A stretch of DNA of 58,562 bases, counting the filler, from Sphacelaria rigidula (Eukaryota): assembly GCA_964200075.2 (NCBI GenBank). It is 8 parts of 8 records of this genome, joined end to end, with 100 filler letters (N's around TTAATTAATTAA, not from the genome) between each part and the next. Parts side by side here need not be neighbours in the genome. Positions count along the whole stretch, not along the records: positions 7,335 to 14,567 come from CAXNAA020015840.1; positions 14,668 to 21,900 come from CAXNAA020015841.1; positions 22,001 to 29,233 come from CAXNAA020015842.1; 5 more parts are not named here. One strand, 5' to 3'. A program made the position numbers and the translations under genes. Position 1 is the first letter of the stretch; every line of letters begins with the position of its first letter. The notes below the pieces were generated by a model. The model was not told the DNA's origin and ran no database searches. It worked only from the letters and a program-made list of their open reading frames with translations. This document shows, piece by piece, positions 10,501 through 22,532 of this stretch.

Positions 10501-13341
10501 GCAGCACGCCGGCAATTCCAAGCGCACGAAACGGCCCAGAGACTCGACGGAGGCGCGGGGAGATCGTGGGAGATAACGGCACAGAGACCGACGCAACCCG
10601 TCGTCGTTGACAGTAAAAACACAATAGGGCGATTATGGCATGGTGAACTCCCGTCCTCCTCGTATTGTCGGTGTTCTGCGCGATCGTGTTAATGCTGCTA
10701 GTATTAAGTCACCGCTCTTATCCATTCATTGGAGAGTTTGGGTACTGTTAGTGTTGTAAGTAGAAAGTCATCTCTCTTGTAGCACCGCGTGCCGACCGGT
10801 TTCTGTACAGCTGCCGGGGTTGTCGACTGGGTGGTTCATGCACGGTTGCTTCGTGTAATCCCATCGCGGGCGCGTTCCCGCGGTATTTGGCGCACTTGCC
10901 CGTGCAGTTTGCATGATGAGCACGACCACCAATTCCAACGCAGCTTCCTACAGGGTGATCACTACGCTGTTTCAACCAACCAATCGCGCACTGTTCGTGT
11001 CCGCTTCCACCGGTTTGACTATTCAAGGTTATTGTATATCTCAGAGTTGGGATCAAAAGGTGCGTCTTACACAGACAGCATCGGTGGTACTACTGAGCAG
11101 CAAAAAAGGAATGATTGGCATCACGGCCTTCCTTAATTTTGTTAGCTGATATGTTTTTCAATTCATTTCATGGCCGCACATTAACTGATCATGAACTCAT
11201 CCCCGAGGAATCCAGTCGTGCTCACATCATGACAATGATGAACGCATCCGACGTAAACCAAGCGGGAACACTTGCTGAGGGAAAGCGACGAACATGGACA
11301 TAGAACAGCCCAACAGAGTAGACTGAAAAAATGCAAGACAAGGACAAAAGCAAACAATTAAAATGACCGGCCTCTGCACCATAGCTTCAGGTGGAAAAAA
11401 CGTCACGCCCTGAAGCACTTGCCCCCATACCTAATTGAAATAACAAAGGGCCGATAACAAAAAGCCGTGGGAAGAGATTGCTGCTCATCTATTTCGGCCA
11501 CACTGTCACTGTTTTCGGCATAATGAGCTGTAACTCATGAACCCTGCGGAAGCGAGGAATCAAACTGCGACTTGGAGATAGCCGAGAAGGGGCTGCGGAA
11601 GTGATGATGCCCAACGGCACACAGTACGGTGAAGAAGGTACAAACGCGCAACCAGCCTTGGGTTCAGCATATCCAGTTCCAAATTAATGTGAACGCGACT
11701 CCTCATATCGCCACTGCCACTGCCAACGCCCTGCCATGTCGCTGACTGACCTTATCTCCGACCATAAACACCTGCCTCGGTGCTACGGAAAATACACAGC
11801 AAGTAGTACAGCAAAAAGCTTGAACTTCATCCGCTGCCGCACTGAGGCACGGGAACCCCCTCACGGGGCCGTCGGGCCGTGGACTAGATGTAGGGCAGTG
11901 GTCTTCTTCCTTACAGCTCCTATAGAGGTGGGAAATTGTAACACAGTCTGTCTGCGTATCGACGACAAAGCCCTTACCACGGAGAAAGAGGGGACTCAGA
12001 GAGTCACTTCATTACACCGTTGGTCGCTTGTGCACGTGATCCGCACTAAACAGGGTACGAATAGGGGGGCATTTGCTACTAAGTATCACAAGAGTCCACG
12101 ATACGGAAATCCTATGAGCATCCGATGATGTCTCCTCAAAGAATAGCTACAGTTTTATTTTCACTGCGCTGTTCGCTGCGGCGTGAAATGACCGATGATG
12201 GGATCAATAATGGCGTGTGCAATCCTGCTGCTGCCGCTGCCGCTGGCATATTTTGTACTGTACATCATATCTCTTATCTCTTGAATCTCCTCTGGCCGCA
12301 ATTTTCATTTTTCGGGGCAACAGGCACAGGTTGAGCCGCGTTTCGTTTGTGTACCCTAACGACTCTTGTACTGTACGGTATCGCTCCGTTACCAACACGA
12401 GTATCACAACCAGCAGCTTGGTACTACCGTTGTGATACGCCGGCTAGACCGGAATAAAATCCGGTGTACCACTCCGTGCTGCCATATCGCTCCACAATGC
12501 CGTACCACTGTCGTTGCTCCCAGGACACAACCACCATATTTTGGACACGGGAAAGCAGAACGCGGCGGAATTTGTCATCGTGGTTCAAGATGCACATATC
12601 TTGATCGCATATCTATATATACATGAGCCATGCACATCGCTGATTTCTACGCTGGCCCGCCCTACTTTGCTGAACGAATCAAAGTTTTTGGGCCGAAATA
12701 CTATACGTGATATGATTGAGGGCTGGAAACAAGGTAAAGAGTGTACCTTAACGGAGGGGGCGTGCGACACGCTATGACGATGGGAAACAGCCACCATCTC
12801 TGAATCTGAAACCGTCGAACTGTAAGATGACCCGCAAATTCATGTTGCCGCCGATTTGGCCATTCTCGAGAAGGAAACAGTGCACGCAAGCAGCGCCGGG
12901 GTATCAAATGCTCATCAACTTCCCCAAGGAAAGACTCAAGGGCTGGAAACTGTAGCACATAGGTTAGCACGTGAACATAACAAGGGAGCAAAATTTCCAC
13001 ACCACCCCCACACGCGGCGTGGGGGGACACCTCACCCCAGCAAAAGACAGGTCGACCACGGAAAGCTTGTGGCTTTGCTGCTGCTGGCAAACGAGCAGTC
13101 AACATGTTGAAGGCTCTCCATCGAAACATGTCTAAGGTAAGGTACAGACTCTTTGATAGCTCATAGGTTTGGGTACACGCTTACTGATGTGTTGCACAAC
13201 ATGCGCGGGTTCAAATTGGCGGCGTTCTGGACGTCCACGTGCCTCAATCGACGTACTCCGCATTGCAAACCGAACTCCGCACAACCGACCATCACGTTTA
13301 ATAATAGCTGAGCTCGCTCGGTTTGGCAAACTAAAAAACAG

Positions 13342-14312
13342 ATGGGGCACGCAGGAGGCGAGCGCAAGGGAGAAGAAGAACCCTCAGGGGACTTCACGCG
13401 ACGAGAAAAGCGTCACTTTAGCTTGCGCGATCTAGAAGTCATGGAGACATTGGGTGCGTAGCGACAAGGCACAAGGGCTGAGGTGTAATGTACTCATTAT
13501 TATTGGGGCTCACATAGCAACACAACCCAGCAGCATATTAGATCCTAGTCCTATGAGCGAGATGTCATTGATAGCCGCAGGGTCGTGCTAACCGCGTGAT
13601 GGTGCAGGAACCGGAACATTTGGGAGAGTTCGACTGGTTCGTCACTTGGACAACGGCAAGTTCTATGCTCTCAAGATATCCAAGAAGGCTTCCATTTTAC
13701 GGATGAAGCAGGTACATTGGCTGTGGCGGGGACGGGGTAATAGGAGGTGCTTTTGGTCTAGTGCATTTGGACCTTGACCTGTGTGAGAAATTATACCGTA
13801 GCGGGCCCCGCTGCATCTTGAAGAACGTATGACAACGATGATGCCTGATCCTTGCGTGTCGATTCGTGCAGGTGGAGCATGTAAAAAATGAGGTGTCCCT
13901 CCTCAGCATGATCGAACATCCGGCCATCGTAAATATGTGAGTGGGTCGAAGAATAGCAGATGGGCGTGTTAGGCATATCCCCGTCCACACTCTGTTCGCA
14001 TATGCCGCAGACTGGTTGATAATGTACCTGGGGGATAGCGGGAGAGGGCGAAAGTGGATACAGGGTCACGAAAGCTTTGTCGGTTCCAATCAAGGCTAAA
14101 AAGTGTCGAAGGTTAGACGATACTCGACACATTTGCACTAAAAATTGACGATCGATGGACAAAGAGAGTGAGAATGGTATTCTGAGAACACGGAATCTCA
14201 AAGCGACAATCGTTTTCAGGTTCGGATACTTCCTGGATGACACAAAGTTATATCTTGTCATGGAATACGTGGAAGGAGGAGAGCTATTCAGCCACTTACG
14301 CTCGTGTGTGAG
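13342..14312 (+). CDS. pkaC: cAMP-dependent protein kinase catalytic-subunit-like (AGC) kinase, N-lobe exons; truncated by contig end
   Basis: Phase-compatible GT-AG exons: 13342-13453 (..FSLRDLEVMETL), 13608-13711 (GTGTFGRVRLV..YALKISKKASILRMKQ), 13872-13936 (VEHVKNEVSLLSMIEHPAIVN), 14220-14312 (MFGYFLDDTKLYLVMEYVEGGELFSHLR). A likely upstream exon ends at 13136 (MLKALHRNMSK, gtaagg). Confidence 0.93.
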
Positions 14313-14567
14313 GTGAGCACGAAAGTGGGGGGAATGGTTCATGTGCCAGCTTTAGCGCGACCTCTTTGAAATCAGCCGTCTGCTAGAGTCAACTTGAAGG
14401 CCATACTTTACCGACAGTTCGTCGTATGCTAAGAAGGAGCCTTATTGGGTTTTGTTCATGTTGTATGGCGTTTATCCTGGAGCCATGCTACGGTAGGGGT
14501 ACAGAAATAATTTCTGAGATTAGAATTGTTAGGAGCCCCTTATCTCATCCAAAACACGATGTATGAA

Positions 14568-14667
14568 NNNNNNNNNNNNNNNNNNNNNNNNNNNNNNNNN
14601 NNNNNNNNNNNTTAATTAATTAANNNNNNNNNNNNNNNNNNNNNNNNNNNNNNNNNNNNNNNNNNNN
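14568..14667. other. Artificial contig-joining spacer 2
   Basis: Same N44-TTAATTAATTAA-N44 motif. Confidence 0.99.
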
Positions 14668-15427
14668 ACTCCGCATGTCAAAAGGTCTCCACAAGTGTTT
14701 GATCTCTCATACCCCCCCCTCAACTGGCGTGTGGCAGACTGTTCTCGTCGGGCACCCGGGTAGGGGGAGGTCGGCGAAAATCAACGATGAGTAACACTCC
14801 CTAAGTTCAAATTGGATCTATCTGTTATTGCCGCAGCACCGCCCTCCCTGGCACGTGTGTGGCAGAGAACAGTAGTAGCGATGACGGGAACATTGCTCTG
14901 TTTTTCAACGACATGTTTTTTAGCGCACAGACGCGCGTCCTGTCCAAAAGGAGAGGCAGAGAGACCGATCTTCGCGTTGGCGAAAGACAAGAAGAGACGA
15001 CGGAATCTCTCCGCACCTCGATGTTCTGGCACATGAAAAACTGGGCACATGTAGGTGTAATAATCTTGATGATGCCAGTTTCTCAAGCGATTGATAATCG
15101 CCGAGCGAGGACACGAAAAGGACACGGGTGAGGGGCTTCCTCTCTGTCGTTGCTTCTCTCTCTGGTGATATCGGCATCAACACGCGTGTACACCGTATTC
15201 GTTAGGTGCATCTAGCGACAGCTGTTTGACTGCTGCGGACAGTTGGGGGGGGAAGATGGCTGCGCTCGGTCGCGGTAAGTGTTTCGCGTCTTCCCTGCAA
15301 AAGAGAAATGCCACTTCAACCCCATATCTTGTTTGAACCTCATTTTCTAGCATCCACTGTTATATTGTATGTGCGCTATAAACACTGTACAGCATATTAA
15401 CAACAATGAGCAATACACAGGGTGACG

Positions 15428-15602
15428 GAACCCTGTGAAGCATACTGTGCGGCGCGAAAAAATGTCCTACAGCCAAATCCCTGCCAGAAACACAGCACAG
15501 GTTCCCTGAAACCCTGTGAAGCAACCTGTGTGGCGCAACAAAACACCCTACAGCCAAATCCCCGCGATAAACACTGCACAGTCTCCCTGAACCCTGTAGA
15601 CG
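15428..15602 (+). repeat. Tandem repeat, just over two ~81-bp units
   Basis: aaccctgtgaagca...cctacagccaaatccc...aaacac..cacag...ccctg repeated. Confidence 0.8.
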
Positions 15603-15968
15603 TGCCCCACAGGGTGCTATCTGTCCATGTGCGTGCCCCGAATCCATGGTTGAAATACTCGGATTTGGTCTGAATACAGTGAGGGCCACGGTTGAAGAGA
15701 GGGGTGTGCAGGGGCCTTGCATTCTCTCCTGAAGTTACCATTCTGCTATTCCGTTTTAAGATGGGTTTTTTGTCAAACAGAGCGCTTGGTATCAGAGAAC
15801 ACCTCTCTTATACCGATATACTCCGAGTATATGGGCTCTAGAGTGCGGGTGAAATCAAGATGTCTGGAGGGTATGCTTGCTAGTGTCAAGGCGCCTTACT
15901 CCTTGGATTTGTGATGTACAGTATATGGGTTTTAGATCGTGGGTGAAATCAAGATGTCTGGAGTGTAC

Positions 15969-16248
15969 TGTAGAGTAGTCCACCTCCAGTACACGTACGT
16001 GCAGGTTCATGAGGATATGTAAGTGGAACAATCTGCTGTAGGCGTTTTCTATTGGCTGAAGGACTTGCGGGTCTGATCGGCAGACTGTGTGGATTTGATC
16101 ATCACATGCTTCACACATGTGGTTACTTCCGATAACGAAGGCTGTGTGTTTATGAATAACAACTGTCTTGGAGTCTCCAGGCCCTAGTGAGGGAGGAAGC
16201 CCTTAGAGCAATCTTGTGACCCTGTTCTGAGTCCATGAGGGCTCTGTA
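15969..16248 (+). repeat. 5' LTR
   Basis: Aligns to 20249-20501 with scattered substitutions and a ~27-bp extra segment (atgaataacaactgtcttggagtctcc). Confidence 0.92.
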
Positions 16249-16371
16249 ATAAACGTTATTAAGAGGAACCCGCTGGTTTCTGATAGAGGTTTTTCAGCTG
16301 TGGGCAGCTGCGGAGAAATTATCTCAAACTTTGTACACAGGAGTGTGCACTCTGTAAAGTGAGGGAGCTCG

Positions 16372-17013
16372 TTGACAACAGAGAGACGGCTAGGTTGGCT
16401 GGAACTGTTGCGTGCAGCTATGACAACGCGGAAGAAAGTGGGTGATGGCGATGCAGGCGAAGAGGTGAAGTTTAAGTTTACTGAGCTTTTGCCTGCAGGA
16501 TCGCTGAAAGCCCCAGAGTACAGACGGCATTTTAGCGAAAATGCATCTCGACGTTTATACCAGAAATACGTGGAGTATTAGGAGGCAGTCAAGTTGAAGA
16601 ACAAGGGACGTAGCATGCAGGCCGTCTTATTGACTGGTACTGAACTGGTGCCGAAGCACATTCGTGCGTGTTTGTCACGCACGTTTTTTTATGGATCCGT
16701 GCTTGCCGAAGATGATCTCAAGGAGGCACTAGGCCGACATGCGAAATGTTGGCAGGATGAAGAGATTGATCTTTCAGTTGCTGTCGCTGGTGTGCGGAAA
16801 GCGTTGGCGGCCCGCAACGAGCAGACTGCAATGGGAAGAGTAGAAGGGCAGTGGGGTGCCCTGGAGGAGTTTTTTGCGGAGAATGCTAGCGCTGAGCGTG
16901 CGTTCCGCGATGATGCAGATTTCAAACCAGGACCCGCTCAAATCATAACTCGGGAAATGTTGAATGGACTGACCCCCTCCCCGAATTCAAAACTAAAGTC
17001 CTCAACATGTTGA
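16372..17013 (+). pseudogene. gag-like region with in-frame stop
   Basis: Two same-frame ORFs (16372-16581, 16594-17013) split by TAG, lying between the 5' LTR and the protease. Confidence 0.65.
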
Positions 17014-17639
17014 ACATGAAGGGGGGGTGGAAGGAGGACCCTGGGCTTGTGTATAACACGGCACGGGAAGCAGCGGAGGCATGGAAGGCGGTGGAAGCGA
17101 CGGATAAGCAGCGCCGTCAGCAGCCGCAGCTGAAACAAAGGAGTGGCAGCGGGACTTCCGGAAGCAAGCGCTAACCAAATGGTGGAAAAACGGCGCGCAG
17201 TTGAAATGGGACTGCCCGTTCCGGGAAAACCCGCAAACCAGGCCCAAACTATATAGGATGTTTCGTATGTGGAGACAAGGGCCATTTCCGGAAGGATTAC
17301 AAGCAGCAAGGCCAGGCTGCTGCTACACAACGTAGTGACGGTGGGCAGACGAAGGCTGGCGACAAGTAGCAACAACAACAGCAGCTGTCGCAGAGCCCTG
17401 GACAGGTGCCTCGCGGCGGGGGCACGAGTCCCGCCCCTGCAAGGGCTGTCTTTTCAGCCGATGGACAAAGTGCTCCCAGCGGGGGGGCGACGTTGCCCCG
17501 AGAACCGGTCGCTTCTACTGGTGGCGTGCAGCAGACCATCTCATCGCACTCGTTCCCGGGTTCGAAATCTGAGGCGGTGCCAGCATGGAGATCCCTCAAA
17601 GCGGGTGAGGTGTCAGGTTTTCAATCTGAGGGTCTGCAA

Positions 17640-18066
17640 GTAGATAACAAGGAAAGGTGGTGTCTTGCCGACTTGTCTGTCCCGAGTGCAGGGGCAAAGG
17701 GTGTTTGTCCGGTCAAGGCCATTTTAGACTCGGGATCTGGAATTACGACCATGTCAGTGGGTGAAGCGGCGAAGTTACAAGCTATATAGTATGGCTCCCG
17801 ATGTTCGAGTGATCACACCGATGGTTGATGAACAGCTGGTGACACTGGCTAACGGCAATGTTGAGCGCGTGGAGCAGAAAACTTGCCCTGTCCGAACCGC
17901 TTTACACACCAGCTGGGGACCGGTTGTGCTGGACCCATGTTCATATGCGGTCATGCCGGGTACAGATGATGTGATCATCTTGGGAAGCCCTACGCTGGAG
18001 GCGCCGGGCATTGACGTGTACAGTAGCTTAGGTGCCTGTGCACGCGCAAGAAACACTTTGGTGTGA
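17640..18066 (+). pseudogene. Retropepsin aspartic protease relic
   Basis: VKAILDSGSGITTMS (DSG catalytic motif), then after a frame break VTLANG...YAVMPGTDDVIILG. Confidence 0.85.
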
Positions 18067-18341
18067 GGTGTAAACACGCCTGATTTTACGGACTGTCGGC
18101 GTGTCAATATCGCGGTTGATGCTTCACAGTAACCAGGAGGTCGAGCGGAGCCCGTTTATTCCTCAGTCGAGCGGTTGTTGTCGAGAAGTCCGGCGATGAG
18201 CATATCCCCGAAACAAGAGCTTGCTGAGCTTGATGATGCGCCGGAGGAGGCAGTACAAGCCGCCGCGGATAACGGCATATCGGAGAGCGACGTGAGCCAG
18301 ATTCGTGGGCCTGTACGGAACAGAGTGAGCATTTCAGGCGA

Positions 18342-19337
18342 GTGCTGCATGGTTATCCGCCTGCTCGCGTCGAGCCCTTGAAGGTGAAATTCAAACCTGC
18401 TGCTGTAGAGGCAAAGACTCGGCCGAGGGCGTACTTTCAGGTCAGGATGGTGTGGTTGGCACGCTGCATCGCAACATTGGTGGCGCTCGGGCTCGTGTAC
18501 TGCAGTTTGCAGGTAGTGTGGGTGAGAGTGGTGATTTCAACGCCCGAGAAGTCCTGTTTTCGCTGGGTGAGTACATACAAGGCGGGGGAGGAAGTTTCCC
18601 GTCACCACAAGGAGGTGGTGCATGGTGCTCCCCCAGGGAAGGTACTTCATTTCAATTTTCTCAGTGTTGGCGAGGGTGGTCCGCTGGGAGATAATGGCTT
18701 GGACGAAGGAGATCGGTTCAAGTACATATTGGTAAGGATGGATGACCCGGGCGACTTTGTGCGGTTGGAGCCCGATGAGTCTTGTACGGCGGCGACGACG
18801 GTGAAGCATCTGTTGACATGGTGCAAAGCGCTGGGGCCGCAGGAGGAATGGGTCAGCGATACGGTATCGCAGTATGAGAATCGTGTGGTGAGGGTGCTCA
18901 AGGCGCTGAGGGATCGCAGATTCGTGGTGGCCAACTCGCGGTTGCCACATCGTGAATGTGAGCGAATGGTGCGTGACATTGTTCGTACCTTGATGGTCAT
19001 AATGCAGGGAGGAAGACGCGATGCCAACGCTTGGGTGGGTTTGGTACCGGCCGTGCAGTGGGCATTGGACACTGGTTTTCAGGACAGCTGTGAGAGCTGT
19101 AGCTGCATCTATGATGCGAGGAGGGACTGTTTGACTGGAAATGCTACTCTACGGTGTGGACGAGATTGGAGCCGAAGAGCTGCTGTTTCTCCGGAGGAGC
19201 GCAGGAGAATTACAAGGCACGCATTACCTGAGGTGCTCGATGTTGCGTTGAGCGCCGGGTTGGGTGATGTTAAGGAGCAAGTACTAGTGGAATTGCTTGT
19301 TGATAATGAGGAAGCACATTGTGACTTGTATACCTGA
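18342..19337 (+). pseudogene. RT N-terminal stub fused in frame to integrase core
   Basis: PPARVEPLKV..RPRAY..GLVY..W..FRWVSTYKA (RT start) jumps directly to VLHFNFL..KYILVRMDD..WVSDT..CERMVRDIVRTL (integrase DDE core; first D is N). No YxDD and no RNase H. Confidence 0.85.
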
Positions 19338-20248
19338 ATCGTTTTGTGGACGATTGTAGGTGGTGGTGGTGTGGTTCCTGGACCTGTGTCCTGTGTTGCT
19401 CTGGTTGGCACGCATAATACATGGTGGTTTCTGCAAAGAAGCTGCTGAGTGAAATATGATCATGTATGTGTGACTGATGTGAATGGTGTCTGATGAAGAG
19501 TCAGAGTGAGGCAGTCTTCAATACACTGCTGTGTGCTGAATGAAATAAAGCTCGTATATTATTTGCGCAAAAAGTGGAATCATCTTTGTGCGGTTTGCAG
19601 AAACTGACTGTAGGAGATGGTGATTGCTACTGCTGGCGTGAAAATGGGCGGAAACTACGAAATGCGTGGGCTTGTATAGAACAAGTATAACGTGAGTATT
19701 TCCACAGGTTGACGATAAAATAAATCGTGCGCGAATACAGTGATCTTTTACTGTGGCACATATTTGATGGCTTGTCATGTGTTTGGATAAGCGCATGGTG
19801 TTTCGAATCTGAAAAACGGAGAATGTGGATGGTGTGTCCATTTGTCTGGAAGGAAAACCGCATATTTATTCTGAACTGCGTCAGTTGGAACTGAGTCAAA
19901 AGGTGCGGGCACGGTTGTAGGCAAAGTACAGTATCAAGCTTTGAGTGCGTGATATGATCGAATGCTACGGTTCGAAATAGTAATATCCTTGGCGCGTTTG
20001 CTTTGTGTGTGAGTATGCCACGACTGGAAATACCGTTGAAGAATGGTTGACTTCCCTGAGTTCGCTTGAGACATTGTCTTTGAGTGTCGATGTTCAGGGT
20101 TGTGCGCGTTATATTTGTTTGTGGAACATGACAGTACAAGGTCGTGTGTCACTACCGGGGGGACAAAGGTAGCATACGTGATAGTCGGTGTCTACTGTTT
20201 TGTCAGATTCGCGTTCTACTTCGAGTAGTGCGGAGTTTTGGGGGGTGC

Positions 20249-20501
20249 TGTAGAGTAGTCCACCTCCAGTACACGTACGTGCAGGTTCATGAGGATATAC
20301 AAGTGGAGCAATCTGCTGTAGGCGTTTTCTATTGGTTGACAGACTTGCGGGTCTGATCGGCAGACTATGTGGATTTGAACATCACATGCTTCACGCATGT
20401 GTTTACTTCCGATAACGAAGGCTGTGTGTTTAGGCCCTAGTGAGGGAGGAAGCCCTTGGAGCACTCTTGTGATCTTGTTCTGAGTCCATGAGGGCTCTCT
20501 A
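20249..20501 (+). repeat. 3' LTR
   Basis: Direct repeat of the 5' LTR, preceded by ggagttttggggggtgc. Confidence 0.92.
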
Positions 20502-20711
20502 GTACGCACGCTTATGTCAACGCGCCTCGTTGAATTTTGATCTTGACATACTCTACTGTACTGTGTACAACAACTGCTACAGCTGTAGGAAACCGACTGA
20601 AGCCCGCAAGTGCGCGAATCAACCTCACTTACGAGAAATCAAGAACTTGCACTCCCTCCCACGATACCCAGCAACATCATATGAATACATTTCTTGGCAG
20701 CTTCTGCAGCT

Positions 20712-21298
20712 TTACATAGAGTTCACCATGCAACTTTGTTTCGTTTTTGTCCTGGGCGCATAGTCGCTCATCCAAGCGAGCTTCGCTCTAAGAAGATGGT
20801 ATGGTACTTCGGCCATGTTGCACCGTCCGGCTACTTCCTCAAGGTCCCCAAATTGCCTAGCGACGTCATCAGTGTATGATGGTGGACGACGAGAAGGCTC
20901 GGGCTGGGTGCACCGGTCATGGCCTGCCGCCGAAGAGTCGGCCTCATTGTCATCTGTATCGGCGCCGCGAGCTTTCGTTTGAGTCTTCCCGACGCATTTC
21001 AGCGTGCCTAGGACACCCTGCTTATCCTTCCATCTTCCAGCCCCCCCCGGGTAGTGGCGCTTCACAGACTCAGCCCGAGCATCAGGGTCTGCGCTCGATT
21101 CCTTTCTTCTGGAGGAGTTGATGCAACCATCGCAGAGACGCTGCATCTCCGTCACGCCAAGCGGGTCAGGCACACCGCACAGTTCATGCAGGGAACCTCC
21201 GCAGACACGACATTTGTGGCTCGTGCAAAAAGGAGGGGTGCAGCACCCGGCGTGTGGTCCGGAGAGAGTTTGCAGAGCGAACCCGCTGCGCAAGGCAT
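20712..21298 (-). pseudogene. pogo-element coding relic: Cys/His finger N-terminus joined to transposase C-terminal tail
   Basis: ATG at 21298 reads MPCAAGSLCK, then a frameshift into HKCRVCGGSLHELCGVPDP..QRLCDGC. The tail is PPSY..FGDLEEVA..YHLLRAKLAW. No HTH or DDE domain between them. Confidence 0.6.
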
Positions 21299-21900
21299 CG
21301 TGCTGGCCCCAGTGAGGCTGTGAGCGGTAGATCAATGACTGTGTTGTACTGCTGTACTGCTGTACAGCAAGACGACAGACTGCTGCTTGCTGTGGTTGTC
21401 AAGAAGTGGGCTTGACGATCGGGGAAAAACGAGTGGTTGCGGTTTAATAGAAACATGGTTCGGTTTCAGAGAGTGGTGTGCCAAGCCGTGTTGACCTCTC
21501 TTAAATCGGAAATTCTCTTGAACAGGTCGCTCTTAACCCGTGAGTCCTCACTGTAATCATGCTCGGATCTTGACGGGGTCCGCACTGTTCAAAAAGCTCA
21601 CCCAGGGTACCCAGCGAGCGTTTTCGCTGAAATCAGTGCCAATGTGAGCTCTGCCGACCCACACTTTGCCCAGGGCACCTATAAATTCTCCTTGCTTGAG
21701 GGTTCTCGGTCTGCTTGCGTTTGTGTTAGGATCAGGGTCAGCCCTATAGAGTCTGACCCGGGAAAAAGCATGTTCGACGCTAGATTTGGGGCGCCCAGTT
21801 CGCGAGAACTCCCCTCGGAGCATCTGTAGCTCAAAATGGTGCCAAGCCATTGCGTTTATCATGTAGGATTCTGGATGATGATTATGTGATAGGGTACACT

Positions 21901-22000
21901 NNNNNNNNNNNNNNNNNNNNNNNNNNNNNNNNNNNNNNNNNNNNTTAATTAATTAANNNNNNNNNNNNNNNNNNNNNNNNNNNNNNNNNNNNNNNNNNNN
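21901..22000. other. Artificial contig-joining spacer 3
   Basis: Same motif. Confidence 0.99.
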
Positions 22001-22444
22001 TCCGAGCTCCAGAGGTACCCCCCCCCCCCCCCCCCATGGTCCGGCGAAAACTCGACGTGCTCCGTCCCGGCTTCGTAGGGATGCGAGGTCAATGATCATA
22101 TGACTACGGCACGCAAGATCATGAGTACACTCCCCATCCCTTGTACCTCCCTCCGATCCCCTACGGCCCTACCCGTAACCCAACACGCTCTCACCGAAAC
22201 ATGGGCCGCACCCAAAGCTCCCACGCGGTCAAGATAGTCGTCGATTGCACTCACGATTCCCGTGTATCGCACGACCCCAGACACCTCGCCGCCCCCCATT
22301 CTGAGACTGGAGGGCCCGCGATCTGCGTCCACCACGACTGCTCTAGAGAGCGCTGATCGTCCAATGCCGCTGCAATTCCGTAGGATAGGCATTCAAGATT
22401 CATTCACATTTGTTAGTCATCGCGAATTCGGCATACCACTTGCC

Positions 22445-22532
22445 GTTGCGGAAATGGAAACACTGGTCGTTGCGGCAATGGAACCACTGGTCGTTGCAGA
22501 AACGGAACCATTGGTCGTTGCGGAAATGGAAC
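22445..22532 (+). repeat. 24-bp tandem repeat (about 3.7 units)
   Basis: gttgcggaaatggaaacactggtc / gttgcggcaatggaaccactggtc / gttgcagaaacggaaccattggtc / gttgcggaaatggaac. Confidence 0.9.

Larger units (their letters stand above)
15969..20501 (+). mobile_element. Degenerate Ty3/Gypsy LTR retrotransposon with most of RT and RNase H deleted
   Basis: Direct LTRs 15969-16248 and 20249-20501, both starting TGTAGAG. TSD GTAC at 15965-15968 and 20502-20505. G-rich PPT-like tract before the 3' LTR. Internal order gag-PR-RT stub-IN. Confidence 0.93.
15677..21553 (-). mobile_element. Internally deleted pogo/Tigger-like (Tc1-mariner superfamily) DNA transposon, host of the LTR element
   Basis: TA-flanked imperfect TIRs: TA|cagtgagggccacggttgaagag at 15677 and ctcttaacccgtgagtcctcactg|TA ending 21553. 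A CAGT start plus TA TSD is typical of pogo. Residual coding relic at 20712-21298. Confidence 0.7.

Noticed and set aside
14781..15280. Overlapping ORFs and a possible tiny first exon (ATGGCTGCGCTCGGTCGCG|gtaagt at about 15256)
   Set aside because: No recognisable domain or downstream exon; cannot be supported from sequence alone
15428..15602. CRISPR-like or regularly spaced repeat
   Set aside because: Simple diverged tandem duplication of about 81 bp
20712..21335. Intact 207-aa zinc-finger host gene as listed in the ORF track
   Set aside because: Listed start is not ATG; the natural ATG (21298) is in another frame and the ORF lies within TA-flanked TIRs
22445..22532. CRISPR-like array
   Set aside because: Head-to-tail 24-bp units with no unique spacers, no cas genes, eukaryotic context
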